Of a stretch of 64,000 bases of DNA, positions 11,871-26,519 are shown one piece after another. The stretch is from positions 10,788,001 through 10,852,000 of the forward strand of contig NC_135762.1 of assembly GCF_052425735.1 (NCBI RefSeq), read 5' to 3'. A program made the position numbers and the translations under genes. The notes under the pieces were generated by a model. That model saw only the letters and a list, made by a program, of their open reading frames with translations, was not told the origin of the DNA and made no database searches. Position 1 is the first letter of the stretch, and every line of letters starts with the position of its first letter. Origin of the DNA: Oculina patagonica. Taxonomy: Eukaryota.

Positions 11871-14800
11871 GAGATCTTTATGATCCTTGGAAGTGGTTGT
11901 GAAGAAAACAACGGCCATAACAAGACCGGTGAATTAAAAATGAACCCAAATTCTTTTTATCATGAAGACGGTCATTTTCAGTCATCAAACAAACAAAAAC
12001 TATCAAGACTTGTAGCACCATTTAAAATAAATTCCCCAACTCCCCCTCACCGAGTTTTTGCAGGGATGGCGAGTAACAGCAGACCTTCCTGTTTGTCAAT
12101 TTGTCTCCAGCCTCAAGAAAATAAAAGATGCACAATATATTGGTTGGTTGTCTTGCAATTTATTTTCATAACGATAGTAGTGGCTCAAGGTCACAAGTTT
12201 TATTTATCAATGAAATCAACCTAGCCTAAATATCCATAAAAGATGAAAACTCTCAATATAATTACATCTTGCACTACCCTTTAGCTACAGAACGATTTAA
12301 GCTACACATCAATAGAACACACCACAACTAATCTACAGGAAAACACGCTGTGTTTCTAAGCATGTCGAGTCTCGTTTCCAGGTACCCTCGTTCGAATCCC
12401 TCTGCAGGTACAAAGTGTCCTGGAAACTAAAATAGGCCTTATTTACCACAGCCGCGATATTTGATCTCTGATTTTGGCACAAATACTTGATCATGGGGAA
12501 AACCAATTTTCCAAGAATTGTTTTCAATGCTTGCCCACTGGCAGTCGGCATAGCTAATTCGTCTTAAAAACGTAAAACCATCTTTGCGACTATGGTTAAT
12601 AAGGCAAATTCGATCGCATTTTACGATACTTTTTTTAATCAATCGATCATCAAAACTTGCTCTACTAGCAATCGGCATGATATTTCTCCTGGTACTACAC
12701 CAATTGAAAAATAATCTTGTTTATGGTTGCAAATGAACTGATCGTCTGCATGTACTATCAAATTCTTTCAACTGGTAATATAAGAAATGTATGGAGGTCA
12801 TTAAAGAGAATTTGTATGTTGACATCGTTGGTACTTCTGTGTTTCATTCTAGCATCTATCTCATGGTTAGGAGAAATAAGATGACAATCACTCGTTAGAG
12901 CAGCTACAAATTAAACTAAAATTTACAAATGTTGGATGTTAAAAACTTGTAGAACTTCTTTAGTCTTGTAATATTAACGACAAAAATCTTGTTTTTACTC
13001 CTAATATGAAGTAATATTGAATGTGGGCGGCGATACAAACCATCGCACCACCAAATATACATAATTGCATTATTTTACTATTTACGAGTAACACTACTTT
13101 ACAGTCTCCTTGAAAAGGAAACATTTAACTGTTAGCTTTACTGCGGCAAAGATACTTTTGCTTTCATACACAGCGGACTTCCCATACCAACTACTTTTTA
13201 ACCGTTTTGTTTGAATTTTAGTTAATGGAATTTCACACTTAAGTACAGATTTAAGAAGAATTATCTTTGACTTTTAAGCCAACAGGACTCTGAACTCCAG
13301 AGCAATTTTTTATGATTACAAAGGTAATCTCCATCACAATTGTCCGAGAGAATTACACCTTTCTTTTCTTATAAGAACATAACTGCCCAGTGTTCTTAAC
13401 CTGGCCCCAGCTGTTTCAAAGCCGATGAACATTAATCCGGGATTAAAAAGGCAACCAATCTTTAGTTCAGTAGTTTGAGATCAAGCAAAGTCAAAACTGA
13501 AGGCAAAAATACCGAACTTAATAGTTAAATTCGCAACCAATGTTAATCCTGGATAAACTCAGTTTATCCTGCCTTTTGGAACCGAGCAGTGTTCTTTAAA
13601 TCCATTTACCACAAGAAAATACACAATAAATAGATAGCAAGTTTTTGTCAGCAATAATAAAATGTGTAGCAAATTAGTGATAAATTATACCAGCATAGCA
13701 AAAAGTGGGAAGAAATCATAAGTTGATTTTAACATTAACCTTTATTTCGAAAGACCTAGCCTCACGCTAAGAAAAAAAAAATACCCGTTCCGTTTTGACA
13801 TTGGTGGAAAAATTAGCGTAATTACAAGGAGCCTGCAAACAAAGATTTACACGTAAAACCACTTGCAGAAATTCGTCTGCCTTCACACGCCAATGCGTGA
13901 TTTAAGTATCTTAACTGAAGCAGACCAATGGTCATTATATTAAAAGCCTTATTATTAAAATACTTTCTCTATCTCTGAAGTGTCTTTCTACCTGAGTGAA
14001 TTAATATTAGGAGCTTTCTTAGAACTTGAGGCAATTTTGTACACAGAAAAAAATTTGACTTATATAATTACCATGCATAACAGAGATAATTCCAAAAGAA
14101 CCATACAGAATGACATAACACAAACACAGTGCTACAGACTAAAATACCGATATTGGCTGTTCATTCAATGTCTCAATCCAGATGGACTTCCCTCTTTTTC
14201 TCTTGGTATATAACAAGATAAGATTCACTGCACTTCTTGATAGGAGGCCAACCATTCCACTTTTCCACCTTTGACTGCGTTTAAAGTCACTTTGAGTCTT
14301 GTGGCACGGCGCTTTCCGTCGTACACCGTCAGAAGAACTATGGCGTTTTCAGCAGATTCACCGTCTCAAAAGTCTTTTACTACTCTTAATATCCAATCAG
14401 AAACAGCTCAAGCCAGTGACTGGGAAAGCTGTCGAGTCAGCTGGAAGTCACGACGAAAACCGAACTCTTTTTCAGACCAAAACATTTTTGTTATTTGTTC
14501 CCGCGTTAGTTGTGTTACCAAGACATTATTTGAAATTTTACAAAACCTATCTCTTAACGAAAATCCTTTATTTCGAGCAAGCAAATAATTAATTATAAGC
14601 CTCCTTCACCGCTGTAATTTGGGATGTCACGCATCGGTTCTTTGTAAAGTGTTGCGTGTCGACAGAAGCGATGCGTGACGACCCAAATAACGTCTCGACA
14701 AGTGACTAACCGAGCATAGACCCTGATGATGAAGGCATGGAGAAAAAATAAAATAAAACGGAAACACCCAGAAATTACACTTTGTGTGAGAACAAATCCT

Positions 14801-15152
14801 CCCTAAAGCGGACATCTGTTTGTTAACAGACGGGAAGTGGTAAGGGGGGGGGGGGGGGGGGAATTGGTACTATATCACAAGGTCACGCGCCTTATGACAC
14901 CCAATTCTCCACCAAGGGAGGTTTGGAATTTAATTTAAATGTTAAGCGCCCCAACTTTTCCGAGTTACACGATCCAAATTGCGTATCGTTTTATCGAAAA
15001 GCCGAAAACGGAGAGACGTTCGTTCTCGTTGATTGCTTTCCTACGTACGCGCGAAACTTTAATACCTATAAATACAAAGATTATTGTTCGGTGTTGTTTT
15101 AAAAACAGCCATCGGACCCAAAGCGACATTTTCCTGGCAAGCCTCCTCGCCG

Positions 15153-18100
15153 TTAATCTATTTTCACCGTAGAGTAAATCTTTCTGACGAAGGCACTCGC
15201 CCCGGCGTATCCAAATGTACCTGTGAAATACAAACACATCAGTCAAATAATTACCAAGTGAAACAATCAGTGGCGAGCACGACAAAAGTTGTGACGTAAT
15301 GTTGCTTAGCAACTGTAATGACATAATGCGTTCTCGAAGTTGAGAATCTGAGCAGAATTTCAAAAATATCGACCGTGCTTTACGGGCAAATTAAACTTCA
15401 GACGCCTGAAAAGGGCGCAAGAAAACAACCTTTAGTTTTTGTGCAAGTAAACCTAAATATTTTTAAAAGTTAAATACAAAAAATCAAACGATTCTCAAAC
15501 TTCACTCTAGGAATTATGAAGTCTTTAACATGGGGAATTCCTGTTTACTTCTAAACTGGAGGATACACAATGTAACTTGGTTATTGATAATTCCTGAGAT
15601 GTACATGTACGACACATAAGTCAAAGTAAATCGAGCTATTATCAAACTTACCACACATGATTCCGAGGCCAACACTGAAAAGAGCCATGTAACCAAAGTA
15701 AAAAGTCGTCTGAAATAAGCCGTACATTCTGAAAAACAAAATACGAGTGTCAGTAATTTTCCTTCTTGTTTTGTACAGGCGTGTGTCTAAATTTATATCT
15801 ATTAATGAATGAAAGGGCTAACTAAAGCGATTTTCGATCGAGTGACGTAAAACAAAAACCAAAGTAATCACTCTGGCCAATCACAAAGACAATTCAGTGA
15901 ACCAATCAAACTCAAAGTAAACATGTGTAGCCAGCGTGGAGCGCGCAAAAACGTGTGTGAGCCAGTCATGATTACTGATTGGTTTTGGATTTACTTCTAA
16001 TTGGATGAAAAAGTGGCGCGAGTTTTTAAACCAATCACTAAGCTTAGAAACGCAAAACCAAAGCAAACTTGATTTACTTAGCACTTACTTGGTCTTGAAG
16101 AAAAAGTAGTAAAACGAGTAAAGATACACGTAACCAGCTGTGGAGGCAGCTGAGAGAAAAGCCGTCCATTGCCTGCAAGAAAAACAGGAATGAGTTAAAA
16201 ATCTTGATACTATTTATCTTGATACATAAGCCATGTGCCATGCATAAAACGGTACATTGTAAGTGAAGCAGATGCTGCACTGATTCGATAAGTTTCTTCT
16301 TAAAAACTCTTTCGATATCATTTCAGAACATAATTATCTAGAAACAGGTGGAGTTTGAAACATCCGGGAAAGACGCAGAGCGCACTTGCTATTGTTGTGC
16401 AAGTGAGGGCTCTCAGGCTGAATTCCATCCATCACAACTGCACGAAAACGGGGCTTAGTTGACAACTATTATTCTTAGGCGAAAGAAACAGAAAACATTT
16501 TATTCAAAACAGCTCTGCTCTAGTACGATGGTCAAGTACGGGAAAGGTTGAGAAGGATTATTAAGGCGATCATCAAACATCTACATTGTAAGCTACAGGT
16601 CCCTTATTAGTTGTAATTGTGTGACTTACCATCTGTAATCTTCAGCGTTTAGAAGGAAATAAGTGCACACAATAGTGACACACACAGTTACAATGGTCAG
16701 GATAAGGAAGACCAGCAGCATAAAGCCAAACACATAGTAAATCTTATATGCCCAGAAGGACGTGAATATGAAGTACCTGCCGAGAAAGTAAGCAATGCAT
16801 TAGAGTTACATGTAACAAGTAAATAGCCTGAGGAAAGGGATTCAATGCTGGATTTAACCTGAATGTTTAACCCTTTAACTACCAAGTTTCTGTGACTTTT
16901 TAAAGGTTTTTTCTTGGCTTAGACATTCTGTAGAACTTCGTGATTGCATATAAGAAGTTCAAGTAAAAATGTGTGCTGTTTCAAAACACCGAGGGCTCAA
17001 ATTTTTATTGTGACGTCAGTAGTCGACCGTTGCTTTATTCGTAGGCGAGCTGTTGGGCTTTGATTTGGCATGTTTTGTATTTATAAGTGATTTTTGGAGT
17101 CATTTTTCACTGCAGAAGCCCCCAGGCTGGCATCATTAAGCTAGAATGGTGGGTAGAGGCCAGCGTCTGAAAGAAACCAGAGGTGAGAGATGATTTTGTC
17201 TTGATTGGAACGCTTTGGCTTTTAAAGCTATGAAAGTTATCACTTTGCCAAAAAAAGCAATCATTACTATCATATGTCCAGATATGTAAAGGCTAGAAAT
17301 TTTTTAATCACTGCTGGTGTTTTTCGTACAAATTTGTACGATTGGTACTTAAAGGGTTAAGTCACATTTTGTTGCCCATTGGATTAGATCTGAATGGGGC
17401 TAGCTCACTTTCTTAAATAAAAATCTGACTAGAACATGCATCTTTGGTTACAACAAAGTACACTAATCAACCCCTACCCTCCCCCCCCCCCCTCGCAGAG
17501 TCATCCCCTTCCTCAACCCCCTCTCTACCTAAAAACAAGAGATCTATGTCAGGGTACAGAGACTGAAATGTTCTGTTATATTTTACCGTAAAAACCCGCA
17601 GATAAGCCGCACCTTTTTTCCAGAAATTTCCGCTCGAAAGCGGGGATGCGGCTTATCTGCGGGAACATTCGGAAAAGGTGCCGTAAATTTTCGTGAACTG
17701 ATGCTAATTTATGGAAAATTATGTAAATTAATATAACATAAAACTACAAGAGAGTACCGTTCATTGCTTTTGCAAGTTTGACAGCTCCTACTACTGTTTG
17801 CAGTGTCGACAATGGCCTATAACTTTAACAGTAATATTGATACTTTACGAGCGAGAAAATACCACGAGTATTCACGAGTAAGATGGCCAATTGTTTCTTT
17901 CTCATTTTGCACTTTGATGGAAAATTTGTCGAACTGATTACGAAACTCTCTTCATGCAACGAGTTTATCTCCAATAAATGGCTCCCAAATCTCTTTAATT
18001 TGTCAATATCATTGCCACGAAACCCGAACGCCTCCATCGCCATCTTGTTTTGCTTTACCTTCTCGCCCTAGTCCCATATTTCGCGTCCGATCAAATGCCT

Positions 18101-21100
18101 GGTTACTAAGCTACGAACGTTCGGCAAACGCAAGTTCTTGTTGTTGTGACACAAAAATCTATGGAAAAACTGCATTGAGTGAAGAAATACCTGTCAACAA
18201 ATGCCAGAAGAAGATCACCCATAATATGTCAAAGTTGGTTTTCATTATATTAAAGAGCTCAAATTGTGGGTAAGACTGAAGTATTTTCTGTTTCAATGTT
18301 CATTGAGTTTATATTCGATGAAGAAGACTTCCTAAAGACTCAACTTTGGAAATTTTGACTCGACTTTGGATTTTCTTAATTTACTTTCAAAAAACTTTTT
18401 TTCCAATATTTGAGTTGTTAAACTCAGGGTGCGGCTTATCTGCGGGTGCGGCTTATCCGCGGGTGTTTACGGTATCTTTATCTGCTCTCTTTGGGCACCT
18501 TTTTTCTTAACTGTGAGAGCGACATTGAAAATCCAAGCCTAAAATTGCTATACCAGTGGCCTACATGTGAAAGACTGTGTCTACAGAAAGGACATATAGC
18601 TGAGCATTGTTATCGGTTGTATATGTAGATCAAAGTACCCCATTACCCATACCCTTTTCACTCCCACCCAGAAAAAAAGCTGATTGGTTGTTTCCCATTT
18701 TGAGTCTGTATACTGTGTGCAGGACTTACATTTCAATGAATATTGATCCAAATGGCAAAACTCCTCCGAGAATAATAATCACCAGTGGCTCCATGAACCT
18801 AAAATTAACAGAAACAACATGAAAGTGTTAGCTTGACCAAACTCAAACAGAAACCTTCCTTGCAACATAACTTAATCCCAAGCAATCACAGAAACAATTA
18901 CACAACAACAGCTAAAATCCAAAAAAGATAGCCAAACTGAAATAACAGTATTTCTAAAACATCAGCTGCACACATACTTGAAAAAAAGAAAGAAAAATTT
19001 GATCTGGTAAAAAAATCTTATCTTACCACTTTTTCTCTGGTATAGGTCTTGGAACTGTGTTCACTCTACAGGGCACATTTGGAGCACCATTCAGATTTCT
19101 TCCCAACACTGTTCCCACCAGGGTTAATGGCAGGATTACAAAGATGACAATGCTTGTAACAGCCACCTGAATGGCGTGAAAAAAACAAAAATTGATACAA
19201 ACCAATACTGGTAACAAACAAAAGCAACAAGAACACAAATATTATGGCTTTTGAAAGATTCTTGATGAGAGGCTATCTTTGAAGGCAAGAATACATGTAG
19301 GCACCAGCTACAACTTAAACTGAAACAGCTCAGCCATCATGACAAACAGAAGCGTTTCAATTACATTTTGTAAAATAACTTTGTGAATTTATAGCACAGT
19401 TGTACAATGTAAAGCATTTGCACTGGAATTGTGATGATCACGGGTTTGAATCCTCTTGAGGACCAGCTGACAACCTCTTGCACCAGTCTTTAAGTTGTTT
19501 AAGAGGTTTAAGTTGTTTTTACGTTTTTTCTTAGTCAGGTGTCCACAATTAGTAGAGGGGACTTTTCCCCTCAGCTAAACATTTTTAGACACGGAAATAA
19601 AGTTTATTATTATTATTATTATTCTACAACTATTTCTCTCCTGAAGTGTTCTTCTGCAGTTCAAATCACAATTTTTGTGGCCTGTCTGCTCAAATATGTA
19701 CCAATATTGTAAAGCAAAACAAGGGTTAAATTCTCTAACTCACCATTGTGGCAAATGGGATGGCTCTTGATGCATGATAATAGATGGCAATGAAATTGAT
19801 CATGAAAGCTGTTCCACAAACCAGGAGAGGAAACAACACAGCACTTAACGTCATCTGCTTTATCCACTGTCTCCCTGCAGAATAAAATAAATTTGTGACA
19901 TTGAATATGTCAGTGAGCATTTCATTATTTTGCTGAACTGCACTACATTGCAGTGACCCCTGCTAGAGCTCAAATTGCTTGGAAAATGGATTCATTTATC
20001 TATTCTTTGAACAACTGGGGCCAAGCTTAATACAGTGTAATAATTCCACTGAAAAGTGATACATGCAAGGATGTAGCTAAGATTTCCAACAGACAAAATT
20101 TTCTTCTATTTTTTACATCCCTGTATATGTATCAAAACAAAATACAATGTAAACCACATTTAACAAGGTGTTCTGGAAATGCTAATGCTAATCAATTTCT
20201 TTCAGGAAGACACAGCATCCACAAACCTCCTTGTCTGGCATAAAGACTGCCACCCATGAAACCATTGACAGGGGCTGTTGCAGCATACACAAATATTGTT
20301 GTGCTTAGAATGGAGCCACGCCTTAAAAAAATCAACACTGGTGTGTTAGAAGGGACTAGGCATGTACATGAGCAATAAAAGACATTTAAATCAAATCAGT
20401 TTCAAAGCAAAGGGACAGAAAATAATGTTAAGGAACAAGTTCAGGCTTACGAAGTGTAAAGGTCTCCCATGATGGTGAAGAAGATGACACAGGCAGCAAC
20501 ACTTGACAGATGATATCCTGTGCCGATCAGGCTAGTGAACAACAAACGGTGTGATGCTGGCCTAAACACATCTCCGTGAACTTGCTTCCAGCCATACTCA
20601 TCACCAAGATCCCTCTCCTAAAGAGCAACACATAAAACATATAATTATGTTACACTACATGCAATCTACTGCATGTTTCAGTGGCGTTTACTCTCTCTTA
20701 AAGAAATTAATCATTGAATTCCTCAAAAGCATTTTCTAGTAATGAATATTCGAGATTGCCTTGTTTCTCGATCATTGAGACTCTAAATTAGTGTCACTCA
20801 AGCTTCGAGATGCGAAGATCGAGTTTCGAGGATCGACTTGATACAGCCAACTTACATTTCAGCAGTACTGTATAGTCAAGCCTCTATATAACGACAGCAA
20901 AGGAACAGGGAAGAGAGTTTGTATTACAGAAGTATAGTTTGTGTAAATTTTTGTCTCTTTCCGACCAAGTCAACTGCTCCTATTGGCCATGTTCGAAACG
21001 AGCAGGGGACTGGGTACAAATATTCAATATCGATTGAATCGAAAAATGAACCCTGTTTTCTGAAAGAGCATCCAAAAAGTAGTAACTTAGCCAATTTTGA

Positions 21101-24100
21101 GAGTTATTGGTTTAAACACAAAGGCATGGTACTCTTTTAAAAATCGTTAAAATAAGAGAGCTTAGTATGGATTGGATGGACAGCTGTCCCTCCAATCCAT
21201 ACTAAGCTCTCTTATTTTAACGATTTCTAAAAGTGAACCATACCTATGCGTTTAAACCAATGACAATCAAATTTTGTAAGTAAACTAATTTTTGGATGCT
21301 CTTTCAGATGACAGGGTTCATTTTTCAATTCAATCGATATTGAATATTTGTACCCAGTCCCCTGCTCGTTTCGAACATGGTTAATTAGGGAGGTGTCCAT
21401 AATTATTATACATGTGTTTGTAATGAGAGGTTTGACTGTACAGACTGTACATGTAAGCACTGCAAACCAATTGGAAGAAGAGAGCTGACCTTCTTGTAAA
21501 AAAGAAATCCATGACAATCATAAGGAGAACTTTTCATCTGGGGATTTAGACAGAAAAAGTTATCAACATTCTTACCATGTCATCAAGCTCGTCATCTTTG
21601 CTGTATCTTGCATAATCTTTTCTGAGAGTTCTCATTAAAATCATGGAGACAAGACCAACAAGGAAGATAACCATCATGAATGAGTTGAAGATTGAGAACC
21701 AGTGGATCTGAAATGAAATGGGAAATTCTGTAAACAAATTATATCAAAAATAAAATGTTGTACCACTTGACTCTGATAGGCCAATCAAAAACATGCAGAA
21801 GAAATTAAAACACAATAAAACATTTCCATTACACTGTTGGTATAACAAAACTGCTGATTAGTGCAGTAATCGAGTTTTGAACTTAAGGCTTAAAGTACAG
21901 TGTTAGGTGCAGCTTAATTTTACAATTCATTCTAGCCAATCTTCATAATTTGTCTCATTCTCCCTAACGTGTTTTTCTTTTGGTCTTGTTTAACCTCTTC
22001 ACTAAAAGAGGTTTTTTAACTTCAGAGAATCAATACATGTACATCGCAATAAAATTACATTTGTATTTCCAAGGATAGTACTTATAACAGATCAAGTTGC
22101 ACTTTTCTTACTCTGTGCTGGAAGAAGCTTGGATCAAGATATTTGTCATATCTTCTTTCAAAGGGTACCTTCGATTCTGTCCATTTTACCTAGGAAAAAA
22201 GGAAATAAGAATACAACAATGTTACAAAAAATAATATTACAAACTTGTTAAGAAAAAAAATACAGTTCAACCTACATGTTATAAAGGAAGTAAAAGCAAT
22301 TGCATAATAAAGTCACATACAGAACGCAGGTACAGCACTATTCTTATGTCTAGCAAAAATATTTTCTGCAGTTATCAAGAAGCAGACAAACTGTATCAGG
22401 TCCAAAAAGCCTACATACATGTACATGTGTGTACGTACTTGTGCATACATGTAGATGTTGGCATGTATTAAATGTATGTAATTACAACTACACACTGTAC
22501 ATGTACTTGTATCTAACAGAATACTCCTATTAAATATACTTGACATACATGTAGATAAAATAAATAGTAAACATATGTTTACCTCATATGTGAAGCTGAG
22601 TTTTGTATCAGGAACAAGCTTGGCTTTAGATTCACTTGTCAGGCTCACATCTACAATCTGATCATTGTTATAACTGATGTCAAGCTTCTTGTGTGTCCAG
22701 ATGTAGAACTCATCTTGACTTTCACCAATTTCACCCACAATACCTGAAAGAAGACAAAGAAAATTAACTATTTTTTAGAAGAGGAGAGAGGGGGATAGAT
22801 TACAATTTAATGTACATGTAGATGTAATTTAAGAAATAAACCAATTCAAACAAGAACACTTACCCCAAATTGGCAAATCATCTGAAAATAAAATAAAAGA
22901 ACATTTAGTTCTACAGTGTAGATCATGTGACATGACTGTGTAATTTCAAGAACTAATTTAATTTCAAACCTACATGCATTTACAATTTAATGTAGCTATC
23001 TATGAATTTAAAAGTGACAAATACCCTCTGCTTATTAATTTAGACTTCCATTTCTCAATGGCTAAAGCTTCAACGAATTTGAATTGGCAGGTCGTTGACA
23101 TGTTTCCATGTTTTCATGTCAACTTCATGAAAATAAAATGGTACATGTACTTTTTTGTAGCATTTTATGCAAATAGGGAATTTAAATTACAAATATTATG
23201 CAGAACATAGACCCAATGCAAATATGGCGGCTGTTTATTTTCGGCTCCAAGAAAAATCATTTGTCAACAAAATTAAATTACTCTAGCTTAAAGATAAAGT
23301 CAAACTAAATCAGTGTATGAAGTTTAAAGGCTATACTTTCATCTAATGGGAAGTTACAGGGGCATTTATATTGCCAAAAACATGAAAACGAGGCTAGGCA
23401 GGACAGGGTGACTTTTTCCATACAATTCTCTTAAATTTTCATGAGTTATAACTTTGCAACCACTTAACCCAAAACACTGAAACTTCTCAGAATAGCATAA
23501 TAGTTCATATATATTTAAGAAACTTGACCAAACAACAGAAGTGAATGACAACCATTTTTGCATAAGGTCTATTGCCTCAGCATAGAGCTCCACAAATATT
23601 ATTTTTAATGGCCAATGATTTTTAAACAAATGAATAACTCATACCTATGTACATTTGATACCAATAATGATTTTTCACAGCATACACCAAGGCATCATGA
23701 AACTCTTGGCTTAGATCCATTGTACAGTACTCAAGTGGTGGGACATTAACTGAAATTTTATGATTATTGCACATTGGTATGTTAGCAGTATATTCTTGTA
23801 ATGACTTGTATTTAGCTAACTATCAACATGAAATACATGTATAATGCTGCAAAATTGACTGCAGTGGCAAATGTGAAAAGTTGACAATGCAAGCATCACT
23901 CCTTCTTGTGATGACTGGAGCATTCGAGTTAATGTTCTAACAAAGGCATAAAGCTCAAAACATCAGCTTACACCTGCTTTCAGTGTTCCGTGCATAGCGG
24001 CTATCTTTTGACATGCTAAACAAACAAGATGGATAGAAATCCACCATTAACAGCCCACTAGCATGACCTTTTAAACTTGTGGGCTTATTTGCATGAAACA

Positions 24101-26440
24101 AACACCAGTAGGCATCGGTTCTAATTAGCTCATTTTAAACAGCACATCGAAAGATGATGTCGAAACTTGGATGTCGAAAAATAGTCGCTATGCATGTCAC
24201 ATTGAAAGGGAGTATAAATAAATTTGTCCAGCACCAAGTTTTTAACATAAAGTATAGAGCTTTACTAGAGTTTCCAGAGTGCAGGAGTGTTCAAGCCAGA
24301 AATCCCTTCCAAGAGAGGGTTTTCTGGAACAACACAACAAAGAAATGAAAACACAGCTAAAAAAATTACCTTTAAAAGAAATGTCAATGCCACTAAAATC
24401 AAGTTCAACTCCTTGAATAGCTTCACCCAACGTCTCGTGATAATGGCTGATGTCTTTCTTGGTCCCTTTACAAAACGGCAGTGAGAAATATGTGTATGTT
24501 TCCTGTCTGTTGTGGTACGGACCCACTGTGTTCATCCAAAGCACCACCTCTTCGCCATCCTGGTACTATGAGGAATACAATATACATTGAAAAAAGGCTA
24601 TGAACAATCAATTTCAATTATGGTTACTGCGCCTTTCGATTACATGCAAACTCTGCTGAAGTCACCAGTTACGTTTTTCGCTCCTGTAAATTATCTTAAT
24701 GAACCTCTTGAGAAACAGAAGTTCTCTTTAGCCGGTTCAAAAGGTCACGCCCCTAGGTTGTGATTGGAAGATTTTGATCTGTTTTGTTTTTTTAAGGTTA
24801 GTCGCATGTCACCATAATAAATATTCATTATGATTGATGGCAGCGAAAAATGCTATTGTTAGTTGGGCTTTGAACTTGAGAGTTTACGTGTTATTGAAAG
24901 GCACAGTGGCCCAACTTTTCCAATGTCGCATTGGTAATTTGCTCAAAGTAACTGGAAACTTTCAATTCAAATCAGTACGAGCAAGTTGCCAAGTTTTCCC
25001 TTCTCCGCACTTTGTAAATATAATATACAGCACAACAGATTTACTATGTTCAACATCATGTATGCTTTGCACTTATGAATAAAGTTGCTAAGTTCCGTTT
25101 GAATTTTGCCAGCTTCCAGTTTTCCCACATAAATTCAGATAATGCAACCTCTGGATGTGTCAAATTTCAAGAAACAATTGCTCAATGGTAGATTGTTTAT
25201 CAACTGACTGCAAGAAATGAGCAAGAGGTTGAGCTCAAATAGCATGAGTTGAAACTGTGATTGGGGAGGGGGGGGGGGGGCAGTTGCAGGTATTATTAGT
25301 GGAATTTTTGCATATATGCATGTAAGATAAAGGGGCTTATTTTTATTTCACTTTAACCTGAGATGTACTCTTTGTAGATGTATCGGTAGTTTTTTCAGAG
25401 TTCATGGTAAAACAATTGTGTATGTGTCTTGCAACAGTCTTTGGTTCCTAAATCAGATTTATGTGCTATCTATAAGTTGAACACATAAAAAAACAATAGA
25501 GGCAATAACTGGATTGCTTTCAACACTGACGATGCATCTTGCATTGTACATGAATTACGATCTAAATATTTTGCAATTAAAAAATCGCAGAAAAACAACT
25601 GTGATAAGACCTCCTTTAAAAGTTATCTACAGTGTACATTTGGGTCTAGGCAACAGCAAGAGTTATTAACTATACTGCCTATACATTATCCCTTCATCTG
25701 TAATTTACTGCATGTTTAATACATGTACACAAGTGAATTACAATGAATTTGTTAAACGGATTTAGTTCGGTTGTGATACTTTATGTTGATTCTACGAGAC
25801 TATAATTTTTCGTTTGTACCTCCATGTATCGTATACATTGAGCATTCCGTAACTGCTCTACGACACTTCAGATATTCAGTAGAATAACAACTAAAGACCA
25901 ACAGCGAAATGAAGAAAAGATCGAACCACAATTACCGTAAAGCGTAAACAAACATTGTTTTACCAACCCAAGACTTTAAAACGTTATCACAGCAAAACAG
26001 AGACGTTAAATGTTGAAGCAAGGATAAACACCAGATTTCGAAGGTTTACCCTACTTGTTAACAGCAATCGGACAACAACACGGAAAGGAAAACTTGCATT
26101 AAAGCTCAATCCATACAAGGTAAATTCTGTGCTGATGTGTCAATTTCCCTTTAATTTCATGATCGTTCGACTCCCGAATTAAACACACAACAGCAAATTA
26201 AGAACGATCAGATCCCAAAGACGATCCAAAGTCTTACTAAAAAAAATTCGAGTGCTTTAACATCGCCCATAAATAGCACAACAAAGCAGATACGGATAAG
26301 CTCGGTTGGAGAGCACATAGAAGATCAAGATTCAAATATAACTAATATTGACCTACTTTATGGTTATGTTCGTCTCCCGTGATAGCTTCCAGGCTCAAAA
26401 TAACAAACAGAAATAACACACAGTTCTTTCCAGATGTCAT
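15153..26440 (-). CDS. TM9SF3: Transmembrane 9 superfamily member 3 (nonaspanin), 16 exons, ~583 aa
   Basis: Exons 26357-26440, 24370-24565, 23645-23749, 22864-22881, 22583-22743, 22112-22189, 21576-21707, 20451-20617, 20227-20321, 19744-19874, 19027-19166, 18730-18798, 16630-16776, 16089-16172, 15652-15728, 15153-15220. All GT-AG, phases consistent, 1752 nt in total. Motifs: signal peptide-DEHNH, [51 protein letters not shown]-terminal KIYSTVKID*. Confidence 0.97.
15825..16075. repeat. Interspersed repeat family (copy 1)
   Basis: AAAACCAAAGTAATCACTCTGGCCAATCACAAA...TTACTTCTAATTGG..AAAGTGGCGCGAG; second copy at ~31358-31762. Confidence 0.7.
16871..17356. mobile_element. piggyBac-like MITE in TM9SF3 intron
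   Basis: TTAA on both sides; TIRs CCCTTTAACTACCA / TGGTACTTAAAGGG. Confidence 0.82.
17586..18472. mobile_element. Tc1/mariner-pogo-type non-autonomous DNA transposon
   Basis: TA TSD; TIRs CCGTAAAAACCCGCAGATAAGCCGCACC / GGTGCGGCTTATCCGCGGGTGTTTACGG. Confidence 0.82.
20985..21382. mobile_element. Foldback (near-perfect ~395-bp palindromic) MITE nested in another MITE (~20871-21440)
   Basis: Arms CCATGTTCGAAACGAGCAGGGGACTGGGTACAAATATTCAATATCG... mirrored around the centre GGACAGCTGTCC (21178-21189). The outer element has TATAGTCAAGCCTCT / AGAGGTTTGACTGTA ends. Confidence 0.82.
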
Positions 26441-26519
26441 ATTTTCAAGAAGCAGCTACATACAGGACAGGATGGCTCCTTAATCACTGGATTGTAAGTG
26501 GAATCTAACCCAAGTTTTA

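Noticed and set aside
11501-12224. Overlapping 106-127 aa ORFs
   Set aside because: They derive largely from a palindromic repeat and contain no recognisable protein motifs
12333-14592. Possible gene between gelsolin/villin and TM9SF3 (ORFs 12439-12678, 14271-14588; CCAAT box ~14392)
   Set aside because: Could not assemble a phase-consistent exon chain or recognise any domain
25466-25500. CTGACGATGCATCTTGC hammerhead-like start
   Set aside because: No GAAA or stem III follows
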